Below are positions 10,045 through 18,500 of a stretch of 52,681 nucleotides of DNA, piece by piece (positions within the stretch are counted from its first letter, which is position 1; every line of letters starts with the position of its first letter). The DNA is from an uncultured Lachnospiraceae bacterium (GTDB lineage Bacteria > Bacillota > Clostridia > TANB77 > CAG-508), in NCBI GenBank assembly GCA_964613425.1, contig CAZTHC010000002.1, positions 1-52,681 on the forward strand, in the 5' to 3' direction. The notes beneath the pieces were generated by a model that did no database searches, had not been told where the DNA came from, and was given only the letters and a program-made list of their open reading frames with translations. Position numbers and translations under genes: made by a program.

Positions 10045-10329
10045 TTATTTCATTTCTATTGCTCCGAAAGGGCATACTTTTGCACATACGCCACATCCTT
10101 TACACATATCATAATCAAAATCTTCTCTTTTTTGTTCTTTGTTTACTGGAATTGCATCATCTGGACATACTGGAAAACAAAGTCCGCATTGTTTACATTT
10201 ATCAGATAAAAATACTGGTGTTATGCTTCTCCAATCTCCAGTTTTAAATTCTTTTGCATTTCCTGCTGTATATATAGTTCCTCCAATTGTTAATTCATCG
10301 ATTGGAGTTTTTGAATTTATCTCTGCCAT
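10045..10329 (-). CDS. 2-oxoacid:ferredoxin oxidoreductase delta subunit (2x[4Fe-4S] ferredoxin)
   Basis: Two CxxCxxCxxxCP motifs: CKQCGLCFPVCP and CKGCGVCAKVCP. Confidence 0.85.
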   Translation of the reverse strand: MAEINSKTPIDELTIGGTIYTAGNAKEFKTGDWRSITPVFLSDKCKQCGLCFPVCPDDAIPVNKEQKREDFDYDMCKGCGVCAKVCPFGAIEMK

Positions 10330-10408
10330 TTAAATTGCCTCCTTTTCATTATTTTCGTATTGTAGTATATATGAATACGTTCATACTGGATTTCTTTTAG
10401 TAATACAC

Positions 10409-10490
10409 TAGCCAAACGCAGGTGATATATTTTTCTTTTCGAGCAACGAAGAGAAAAGAAAATATATTATCACCGACGAGATTTGGCGGA
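10409..10490. repeat. 82-nt imperfect-palindrome element (MITE-like or structured RNA), copy 1, between the delta and gamma subunit genes
   Basis: TAGCCAAACGCAGGTGATATATTTTTCTTTTCgagcaacgaaGAGAAAAGAAAATATATTATCACCGACGAGATTTGGCGGA. 81/82 identical to 37265..37346. About 20-bp stem plus outer GCCAAA/TTTGGC pairing. Confidence 0.7.
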
Positions 10491-10511
10491 TTGTTTACAT
10501 TATATTAAATT

Positions 10512-11090
10512 TTATATTTTTTTAACTTCTTTTAACGCCATTTCTAATGCCTTCATATTTCCTTCTATTACCTCTGGCTTTTTAGCAAATTTGTGTTTAA
10601 AAGAACCTATCATATCATCTAGGAATTCTTCTTCTGTCATTATTTTGCTAACCTTTACAACCGCTGCAAGCATTGGAGTATTTGGAAAATATCTACCTAA
10701 AGTTTCTATAGATACTTTTCTTGCATCTATTGTATAAATCTCACCTTTGTAATTTTTCAATACATTTCTTAAATAATTTTCATCCTTTGTTGTATTAATA
10801 ATTATTGCACCGGTTTCTTTCAAACCAGCTGTTACATCTACTGTTTCTAGTAGAGTATCATCTACAACTACAACATAATCTGGTTCATAAATATTGCTGT
10901 GTATTGTAATTGGATTATTACTTATTCTGTTATAAGCTGTTATTGGAGCTCCCATTCTTTCTGGTCCATATTCAGGAAATCCTTGAATATATTTGCCAGT
11001 ATTGAAAGCTGCATCTGCTAATAGAAGTGATGCTGTTTTTGCACCTTGTCCACCTCTACCATGCCATCTAATTTCTATTAAATTATCCAT
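10512..11090 (-). CDS. 2-oxoacid:ferredoxin oxidoreductase gamma subunit
   Basis: MDNLIEIRWHGRGGQGAKTAS. Start moved to the internal ATG at 11090, which matches the typical gamma-subunit N-terminus. Confidence 0.85.
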   Translation of the reverse strand: MDNLIEIRWHGRGGQGAKTASLLLADAAFNTGKYIQGFPEYGPERMGAPITAYNRISNNPITIHSNIYEPDYVVVVDDTLLETVDVTAGLKETGAIIINTTKDENYLRNVLKNYKGEIYTIDARKVSIETLGRYFPNTPMLAAVVKVSKIMTEEEFLDDMIGSFKHKFAKKPEVIEGNMKALEMALKEVKKI

Positions 11091-11213
11091 TAGAAAATAT
11101 ACCTCCTTTTGTAAAATATACAATTACTATATCTCTAAAAAAAAAATAAGTCAAGGAAAAAATACTTACGTTTTTAAGTATTATTTCCTTAACCTACTAA
11201 ATTATGAAATAAT

Positions 11214-11591
11214 TTAAAATTCTCTACCTTTATAAAGCACATTTGACATTTCAATAAAGCTTTCATTTACTCTAGTTTCTGCATCTCTTGCAATTTCAAT
11301 TACCAATTCTAATGCAGCAGCGATTGTGGTTTCACCCTTTTGAACACTTTGCAAAAATTTTATAATTTGACCTGTCCTATTTTCGTTTATTGCTATTATT
11401 ACTTGATCTATATATTTTATTACTTCTTTTTTTTCTTTTTCACTTATTATATTTACTTCTTCCGAATTGAATTCCATTTTCATTTTATTTAATCGCTCTA
11501 TAGGCTCTTGAATAACTGTTTTTGTATGTTTACTTAGCATCTGTACTTGCGGATTTCTTAGGCCTTTAATGAATTCATCTCTTCTGTCCAT
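11214..11591 (-). CDS. Hypothetical 125-aa helical protein
   Basis: Intact ORF with a GGAGGAGG upstream. No motif recognised. Confidence 0.5.
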   Translation of the reverse strand: MDRRDEFIKGLRNPQVQMLSKHTKTVIQEPIERLNKMKMEFNSEEVNIISEKEKKEVIKYIDQVIIAINENRTGQIIKFLQSVQKGETTIAAALELVIEIARDAETRVNESFIEMSNVLYKGREF

Positions 11592-11780
11592 TTTTTTGTA
11601 CGACCTCCTCCCATATTTTTTAAGTTCTATAGTCTACTTCAACTATCATATTAAGTGTATCATACATATTTGCTATTTTCAATAGGTTTTGAAGACTTTC
11701 TGTAATATTTTTCCAATTTATATATGTACTAAAGGAATATAGCTCCATTAACTCTCACAGTAAAATTTATCTTTCCACGT

Positions 11781-11815
11781 AAAAAAATAAAGCTGCCTTA
11801 CTTAACAACTTTATT
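11781..11815 (-). terminator. Terminator after tRNA-Leu
   Basis: Minus strand: AATAAAGTTG ... CAGCTTTATT stem followed by TTTTTTT. Confidence 0.5.
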
Positions 11816-11824
11816 CTTTAGTAT

Positions 11825-11907
11825 TGGTGCCTAAGGTGGGACTCGAACCCACATGGTTTCCCGCACGATTTTGAGTCGTGTGCGTCTGCCAGTTCCGCCA
11901 CTCAGGC
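11825..11907 (-). tRNA. tRNA-Leu (anticodon CAA), class II with long variable arm, CCA encoded
   Basis: Minus strand: GCCTGAG TG GCGG AACTGGCAGA CGC A CACGA CTCAAAA TCGTG CGGGAAACCAT GTGGG TTCGAGT CCCAC CTTAGGC A CCA. The cloverleaf was folded by hand. Confidence 0.9.
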
Positions 11908-11950
11908 AAAATCATTTTTACATACTATCATATTTTTTTACATTTGTCTA

Positions 11951-12493
11951 TCATTTTATAATTTTTAGTTTAGATAAAATTTTTCCAACTGTATGTACTA
12001 TTGGAGTTGATTCATTTTTAGCTACACTTTTTCCTATTGCTTTTCCTCCAACTGTTAAAGATGCTACTATCGCACTTATGATAAATTGAATATTAAAAGG
12101 CAAATTATATTTTTGTGTTATTTTTATTGATATTAACGCACTTATTGCACCACTTATAACGCCTGCTATATCTCCTATTACATCTGCGCATATACTTGCA
12201 ACTTTAGGTGAATTTTTAATAAGTTTTAATGATTCTTTTGAACCTTTAACTTTTTTACTTGCTTTTGCATGAAATTCTTCCTCTGCTGCAACAGTAACAG
12301 CTAAACCTATTATATCAAATAGTATTCCTATTATAATTACTATTAAAAGTATTATTACTGCTGGTAATATACTTAAATCTGTTATTGCATTTGTAGATAT
12401 GAATGAGAAAAAAATTGATAATATAAAAGTAGTTATAAAAACTGTTATATACCACGCAATTTTAGATTCTTCTTTTTTCTTTTTTGTCTCCAT
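11951..12493 (-). CDS. Small integral membrane protein (about 4 TM segments)
   Basis: Hydrophobic segments flank a charged loop (AEEEFHAKASKKVKGSKESLKLIKNSPK). RBS AAGGAA. Confidence 0.55.
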   Translation of the reverse strand: METKKKKEESKIAWYITVFITTFILSIFFSFISTNAITDLSILPAVIILLIVIIIGILFDIIGLAVTVAAEEEFHAKASKKVKGSKESLKLIKNSPKVASICADVIGDIAGVISGAISALISIKITQKYNLPFNIQFIISAIVASLTVGGKAIGKSVAKNESTPIVHTVGKILSKLKIIK

Positions 12494-13124
12494 ATATTAT
12501 TCCTTATAAAATAATTATGAATGGTAAAACTTTAAGTAAATTTTACGGTTTAGGTCTGGTTGAATTTCTCTATTTTGTACTAAACATTGCTATTTAGCCG
12601 TTTCCATTTAAACAAAACATTCTTTTTTAAAAAGAATACCAGATTACCACTTAAATCCGTACCTTAATCCCTAAAATTTCTTGTTTTTCAACAAACATTC
12701 TAGAAGTTTTCCTTTAAATACTGTTTATTATTACTAGTCTTTTTTGCAATAATAATTTCATAACACAAAACTAAAATATATGGCCAACGTATTTTAATTT
12801 ATAATTAGTTAATCCCGATATTATCACTCAAGACAGGCTACACTATATATTGTGTCTTGGCACTTTATATAGGTTATACTTAAATTAAACATTTAAGCCT
12901 CCGCGAAAATAGGGGTATTAATATGTATGCCATTACACATTTCCCTAAATTCTTACTTCCAAAAGACACGCAAAACTGGCATTTCGCGCATAATTCAGAA
13001 ACTTCAACGATATGCCCTTTAGTGGATTTTTAGCCCCACCCTCGTAATAGGCAGTATTACTAGAATAATGCACCATTCGTTTAAAATTATACCACAGTTA
13101 TATTTATAAATCAAATATTAGTAC

Positions 13125-13259
13125 TTATTTACTTTTTTTCTTATTTGCATTTATATCTTTTTTTCTTCTATCATTTTCTACTTCTTTTACATTTTTAAAT
13201 TTTTTTGTTTTATCTCTTCTTTCTTCAAAAATTGAACCAGATTTATCCATTACTAACAT
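13125..13259 (-). CDS. Possible 44-aa highly basic small protein
   Basis: ATG at 13259 behind AAAGGAGAG. Translation: MLVMDKSGSIFEERRDKTKKFKNVKEVENDRRKKDINANKKKSK. Below the ORF-track length cutoff. Confidence 0.3.
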   Translation of the reverse strand: MLVMDKSGSIFEERRDKTKKFKNVKEVENDRRKKDINANKKKSK

Positions 13260-13342
13260 ATTAATCTCTCCTTTGTACTATTATAATATAATAGTACTAT
13301 AGTTAATAAAAAAAATCAAGAATTAATATATGTTTATTTTTT

Positions 13343-14025
13343 CTAATCTATTGTTGTTCTTGTTCTTCCAGTTCCAACCACATCTTCTTGAAGTGAACGC
13401 CAAGTATTACATCCTATAACTCCATCAGATGCTAATCCTCTACTTGCTTGATAATCTTTTACAGCCTGTTGAGTTCTTGCACCAAATATTCCATCTAATC
13501 CTAATGTAGAAAATCCTAATGTATTTAAATCGTCTTGTGCAATTAATACATATGTGCTTATACTTCCTCTTTTAATTTGTGGATATCCGTGCAGTTCCAC
13601 ATGCCGGTTTTCCAAAACGCTTATCAAAATGTACCCATGTAGGCGTTAAATATGCTGGTTCCACATAACTCCATACTCCAGAATTAATTGCAACATTTCT
13701 TAAATTATTTCTTTCTGCATTGCTTAATGTTTGCCCTGCATCAAATGCTACTCCTGCATAATGCTGACTTTGGTTTCCGTGTCCGCCCTTCCCATGGTCT
13801 CTTAAACGCAAATCCTACAGGTATTGGCCTTCCATAAATATACCTAGTAGCATTAAAACTTTGCATTGCCCTTTTTGTAGTCCACAATGTAGGGCTATTA
13901 CTAGAACCTCTGAATTCACCTACTGTTAATGTTCCATTTGTATTATATGGCATTGCTTCATTTTCGCCTCTATAATAATTTTCCATTCTATTTGTGTCAT
14001 TGTTAAAAACAATTATTCTCGCCAT
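13343..14025 (-). pseudogene. M15-family zinc peptidase (endolysin-like) with C-terminal PG_binding_1 domain; two +1 frame breaks
   Basis: Three consecutive ORFs in different frames carry MARIIVFNND..., then SQHYAGVAFD ... WVHFD (SxHxxGxAxD / H..D zinc motifs), then YPQIKRGS...LDGIFGARTQQAVKDYQASRGLASDGVIGCNTW (peptidoglycan-binding repeat). Locally more GC-rich than its surroundings. Confidence 0.75.
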
Positions 14026-14087
14026 AAAAAAAACCTCCATAAATATATTTCTATATTTTATGAAGATTTTTTAATTGTGTTAATTTA

Positions 14088-14933
14088 TTAATGTCCTGTT
14101 GGTAAATAAGAAATCTTAACGCACTTACTATTTTCAAAAGTTACTTTATATAAACCACTTGGATGTGTTATATCTTTTGGTTCAACATATTTAAATCCAT
14201 TAAATAATTGTTCCATAGTTTTTTCTTCTGCTGTTTCAACTCCTGCATCTGTAATAATTGGTAAATATTTTACATTCCCATCTACAGTTACTGTTAAATA
14301 TTCATCTGTCATTTTTCTTATTACTGAATATTCAGTAGAACCTTTTAATATATATTTTCCATCTTTTTCTACTATTGTAAGAACATCAACTTCGCTACCA
14401 TTTGCTCTTAAAGTATTTGGTTGTTCTGCATTTCCTATAAAATATTCTTTACCATCTATTATTATTCTTGCACCATCTTTTAATTTGTTTACTTCTCCTG
14501 CTGTTAAAGTATATTCTTCAAACTTAACACCTTTAATTAAGTATTTACCTTCTGTATCTTTTGAAATGCTTGTTATATAAAGTCCTTCATTCTCTCCTAA
14601 ATTTTTTGTTAGTTCTTTATATTGCGCATTTGCTTTTATAACTGTTGTTTTATTTATTCTTTCATTCATTTTTGATATTGTTTGATTTAATTCCTGTGTA
14701 TTTGTTAATAATTGGTCTATTTGATTTTGTAATTCTCCTTTTTCTTGTTTTAATTTTTCTATTGCTTGTTTATTATTATCTTGTATTTCTGTATGTTTTA
14801 GATATCCAAAATATCCAACTCCTCCTATGGCCAATATTAATACTATTATTAAAATAATACATACTTTCTTTCCAGATTTTTTCTTAACTACTTTAGTTTC
14901 TACAACGGTTTCATTTTTCTTTTCTTCTTCCAT
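14088..14933 (-). CDS. Membrane-anchored coiled-coil protein with a beta-rich C-terminal domain
   Basis: One N-terminal TM (VCIILIIVLILAIGGVGYFGYL), a coiled coil (IQDNNKQAIEKLKQEKGELQNQIDQLL), RBS GGAGGG. Confidence 0.55.
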   Translation of the reverse strand: MEEEKKNETVVETKVVKKKSGKKVCIILIIVLILAIGGVGYFGYLKHTEIQDNNKQAIEKLKQEKGELQNQIDQLLTNTQELNQTISKMNERINKTTVIKANAQYKELTKNLGENEGLYITSISKDTEGKYLIKGVKFEEYTLTAGEVNKLKDGARIIIDGKEYFIGNAEQPNTLRANGSEVDVLTIVEKDGKYILKGSTEYSVIRKMTDEYLTVTVDGNVKYLPIITDAGVETAEEKTMEQLFNGFKYVEPKDITHPSGLYKVTFENSKCVKISYLPTGH

Positions 14934-15022
14934 TTTTATCCCTCCATATAATTAGTTTATAGTTTTCATCTACAACCACAAAAATACTATCACATTATTC
15001 ATTAATTTTCAACATTTTATTC

Positions 15023-16798
15023 TTAAATAGTCCTGTCTATTCTTCGTTTTTCCTTTACCACATTTTCACTAATTTCTTTATCATTTATATTATCTACTTT
15101 TATTTTTTCTATGAATTCTTTTGAAGTATTTTGTACTTCATCTTCATATATTAATGCTGGTTCTTTTTCCAATATCTTATTTCTTATTCTTGCCCACCAA
15201 TTTTGCTTTAACGGAATTTGAGCAGGCAATTCCTTTTTGGGTGGTAATTCAATATTTACTTTTCTTTTAGGAAATATTTCCTCAAAAATTAAACTTTTAT
15301 TATTTAACATATAAATTCTATTCTTATCTTGTTCTTTTACACTTATTAATGCTGAATTTATATCCAATACTTCAATTTCCGAATTCTCTTCTACTTTTTC
15401 TCTCATGATATTAAAATTTTTCATTGCTTCTGAAAATTCTTTTTCTGAATATTTATGTTTTTTATTCTTTAAAATTTCTGTATTTACTACAACTGGCTTT
15501 TCTTCATTACCTGAAATAATATATGAACCATTATTTAAATCACTAATAAAATATTTATCTAAACTTTTTAATTTCTTTTCTTTTCTCAAATATTCTAGTA
15601 AAACAAATTTTTCCTCTGCACCTTCAAAATTTATGCCTAATGCTTTTTGATACACTTGTTTTTTCTTAACTGTTATTTCTTCTTCATCAGAATTTATTAA
15701 TATTAGTGGTCTATTTATTATACTTGATAAGTAAATTTTATTTTCCAAATTCTGAACTGAAACTTCACCTTGTAACAACTCATTAAACAAATTATCTGAG
15801 ACTTTTTTAAATTCTTCCTCAAATATTTTCAAACTAGCAATTTTTCTTTTAGACGTATCTTCTATATAATCTAACATATTCCATATTCTTATGTATAAAT
15901 TTGAAAGCTTTAAATAACTTTCTTCATCAAGTTTATTTTTGTTTCTCTCTTGTTCTAATAATGGTTCGGCATATTTATTTATAAGTATATCAATTATAGA
16001 AACTATCTCATTATCTAAAGTTGAATAATAGTCCATTAAGTCTTCTACGTTTGAAGATTTTGCTTCTTCCATATTATCTCTTAATGTCATTTTTTCATTA
16101 TAATTATGCTTACTTCTTACTAATTGTTGCTTTGCTACCTCTTCATCTACTGTTTTTTGCTCTAGTAACTTTTCTAAGTTATAAATTATTCCTTTTTTAT
16201 TTCTTATTTCCTCTTTTAGGGCTGTAATCTCATCAACTTTTGAGAAAAATATTTCTCCTTCTAATGTAGAAAGTCCCAATGCTTTGAAAGATTTATTAGT
16301 TTTTCCAGACAATAATTTTAGTATTGTTTCTTCGTCAAATACACATTCCAATGCTTTTACAATGTTTTTTTGCACCAAATATCCATTAATTATAATTCCA
16401 CACTTTTCTATTATCCAATTAGTTAATCCTTCGTTTATCCCTCTTCCTATTTGTCTGTTGCCATATTTTGCTAATGCACCAGTAGAATATTCTTCATGAC
16501 AAAATAACGCATGAATACATTCATGCATTACTGTTCCTTTCAATGTATAAGTATTTTCAACCTCTGTTTGTGTTATTCTATGTTCTTCATTTACTTTTAA
16601 ATGTATCTCATTTGTACCTGTATTATAATAGCCAGTTTCATTAATTAAAGTCTCATCTGAAAACACTTTTTTAATATTTTTATTTAATATTTTACTTATT
16701 CTTCTTTCTGAATAAATTTCTGATAATAATTTAAATTTTTGTAATTCAGTTTTTGTAAGATTTATCATATATTCCTTTAATTCAGTGTTTTCTACCAT
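15023..16798 (-). CDS. 591-aa cytoplasmic protein with an N-terminal HExxH zinc-metallopeptidase-like module and a long helical region
   Basis: TVMHECIHALFCHEE followed about 25 aa later by GINEGLTNW (gluzincin-like third ligand). RBS AGGAGA overlaps the upstream stop codon. Confidence 0.55.
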   Translation of the reverse strand: MVENTELKEYMINLTKTELQKFKLLSEIYSERRISKILNKNIKKVFSDETLINETGYYNTGTNEIHLKVNEEHRITQTEVENTYTLKGTVMHECIHALFCHEEYSTGALAKYGNRQIGRGINEGLTNWIIEKCGIIINGYLVQKNIVKALECVFDEETILKLLSGKTNKSFKALGLSTLEGEIFFSKVDEITALKEEIRNKKGIIYNLEKLLEQKTVDEEVAKQQLVRSKHNYNEKMTLRDNMEEAKSSNVEDLMDYYSTLDNEIVSIIDILINKYAEPLLEQERNKNKLDEESYLKLSNLYIRIWNMLDYIEDTSKRKIASLKIFEEEFKKVSDNLFNELLQGEVSVQNLENKIYLSSIINRPLILINSDEEEITVKKKQVYQKALGINFEGAEEKFVLLEYLRKEKKLKSLDKYFISDLNNGSYIISGNEEKPVVVNTEILKNKKHKYSEKEFSEAMKNFNIMREKVEENSEIEVLDINSALISVKEQDKNRIYMLNNKSLIFEEIFPKRKVNIELPPKKELPAQIPLKQNWWARIRNKILEKEPALIYEDEVQNTSKEFIEKIKVDNINDKEISENVVKEKRRIDRTI

Positions 16799-16806
16799 AT
16801 TTTCTC

Positions 16807-17046
16807 CTAATAAACAATATTTGAATAATGACCTGTCCCATATTTGTTATTTAAGTATTCTATTTCTTTTTCTTCTACAAGCATTTCATAAAAATACTTA
16901 TCATTTACTGACTTGACACTAATATAAGTAAATCCTTTTTGTCTTTTTCTACTGCACTTAATAAAAATACCTTTTTTATCTTCAATTACTACTACTTCGT
17001 ATAAACCCATCTTTTTAAATTTTTCAGGTAATTCAATTTTATCCAT
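16807..17046 (-). CDS. Hypothetical 79-aa protein
   Basis: RBS AAGGGGA. Its stop is embedded in the next gene's RBS, which implies translational coupling. Confidence 0.5.
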   Translation of the reverse strand: MDKIELPEKFKKMGLYEVVVIEDKKGIFIKCSRKRQKGFTYISVKSVNDKYFYEMLVEEKEIEYLNNKYGTGHYSNIVY

Positions 17047-17089
17047 TTTTTCCCCTTATATAATTTTCTAGTAATTTATTTGAAATTTC

Positions 17090-17124
17090 GGGCGTATACA
17101 ATACCCCCTACAATCTGCAATATG
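17090..17124. repeat. REP-like unit (decayed right arm)
   Basis: GGGCGTAT aca ATACCCCC TACAATCTGCAATATG, preceded by AAATTTC. Confidence 0.55.
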
Positions 17125-17146
17125 TTAACAATTTAATTTGTGCTCT

Positions 17147-17932
17147 TTAATATTCTACTGCTTTTACAATAACTCTTTTCTTATTATCATTTGTACATGT
17201 TATTAAAGTTATTTCTTTTCTACCATTTGTATGTTGGCTTGTACATGCAACATCTGAAGGATCAGTTTGGTATTTATCATAAACCATATATTCAATAGTT
17301 CTACCTGACATATCAGTTATTTCTATAATATCTCCCTTTTCTAATGTTGGAACTTTACTAAAGAACTTATCATTTCTATAGTTATGACCAACTATACAGA
17401 AGTTACCTATCCTATTTGGATCTGCACCCCAGAACTTACATGGTGATATTTTCAATAATTCATCTGTCCATGTAGAAAATATAGGATAATTTACTCCTAT
17501 TTTTGGGATATTTATTATTGCTATATTTTGATATTCCATTCCATCCTTTGCTATATATACTTGAGGTGCTATATCCTGTGGTTCCGGATTAAATATATCT
17601 TCCACATTTATTGGATTGGCAATAGAATCTTCTGGTTCAACATTTAATATTACTACTATCGCATTGTCTTTGATTTTAATTGTTGAATCATCTGGTAATT
17701 GGCTGTTAGGATCTACTTTTTCTCTTGGCTTTTGTTCTATAAATTTAATCCCTTGCAATATTTCTTTTGAAACTTGTTCACTCTTTGCTCTATCGTATTC
17801 CCCATATGCATAATATGAAAACAATGCAACTACTAAAAAAATGGATAAAAAGAATTCAATCTTAAATAAACGTTTCTTTGCTTTCATTTCTTTAGTTACA
17901 TATAACTTTTCAGAAACTAGTATTTGATTCAT
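17147..17932 (-). CDS. Sortase (cysteine transpeptidase)
   Basis: N-terminal TM, catalytic His (FCIVGHNYRND), TLITC Cys motif, downstream Arg (KRVIVKA). Start moved to the ATG at 17932, behind AGGAGGG. Confidence 0.8.
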   Translation of the reverse strand: MNQILVSEKLYVTKEMKAKKRLFKIEFFLSIFLVVALFSYYAYGEYDRAKSEQVSKEILQGIKFIEQKPREKVDPNSQLPDDSTIKIKDNAIVVILNVEPEDSIANPINVEDIFNPEPQDIAPQVYIAKDGMEYQNIAIINIPKIGVNYPIFSTWTDELLKISPCKFWGADPNRIGNFCIVGHNYRNDKFFSKVPTLEKGDIIEITDMSGRTIEYMVYDKYQTDPSDVACTSQHTNGRKEITLITCTNDNKKRVIVKAVEY

Positions 17933-18131
17933 TTTATCCCTCCTTTTATGCATTTTTTAGATATTTTTGCACATTATAATTACATTATATCATTATAAAT
18001 ATATATTTGGAAATACTTTTTCAATTTTTTTTAAAATATTTTTATTGTAGTAAATATTAACCTATAAGTTTCTGTTTTAAGTAATTTTCTAATGCTATAT
18101 TTAGTAAAAATATACTAGGTAGGTGATTTTT

Positions 18132-18455
18132 ATGTCATTAGATTATATTCTTATTGGAAATAGAATACGTGACGCTAGACTTGCAAAAAATTTAACTCAA
18201 GAGAAATTAGCTGAAAAGTTAGATGTTTCTATTGCTTATTTAAGCAGATTAGAACGCGGAGATACTCTAATAAATTTAAAAAGATTACATCAAATATGTT
18301 CTATATTAGACACATCTGAAGGATTTATTTTAAATGATACTTATGAAGATTCTAAGAATTACTTAAATAAAGAATTTTCAGATTTATTCAAAAGTTGTCC
18401 AGCAGAAAAAATTAAATTAATATACAATATAGCAAAAGTTATCGCTGAGAATTAA
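18132..18455 (+). CDS. XRE-family helix-turn-helix transcriptional regulator
   Basis: IGNRIRDARLAKNLTQEKLAEKLDVSIAYLSRLERG. Start at 18132, behind GGTGAT. Confidence 0.8.
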   Translation: MSLDYILIGNRIRDARLAKNLTQEKLAEKLDVSIAYLSRLERGDTLINLKRLHQICSILDTSEGFILNDTYEDSKNYLNKEFSDLFKSCPAEKIKLIYNIAKVIAEN

Positions 18456-18457
18456 AA

Positions 18458-18500
18458 TGTAGGGGTGTAAGTGAGCGCCCCTACATTTTGCAATATTTAT
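18458..18500. repeat. REP-like unit between the convergent XRE and rsmA genes
   Basis: TGTAGGGG tgtaagtgagcg CCCCTACA TTTTGCAATATTTAT. In this copy the GTAG/CTAC itself forms the stem. Confidence 0.55.

Noticed and set aside
11592-11824. tRNA-Leu as an integration site for a genomic island.
   Set aside because: I saw no direct repeat of the tRNA 3' end, and no integrase. The flanking genes on the 3' side are the core oxidoreductase operon.
12890-13080. T-box or cobalamin riboswitch, suggested by GAGGGTGGGGCTAAAAATCC on the minus strand.
   Set aside because: It lacks the T-box ACCGCG continuation, the specifier architecture and the B12 box. It is about 400 nt from the nearest downstream start codon.
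14026-14040. Track N-termini beginning MEVF... at 14040, 40178 and 41216, and similar upstream extensions at 3830, 8852, 11123, 17953, 18123, 36896 and 37225.
   Set aside because: The ATGGAGG at these sites is the Shine-Dalgarno sequence (GGAGG) of the ATG 5 to 9 nt downstream. The shorter starts match family-typical N-termini.
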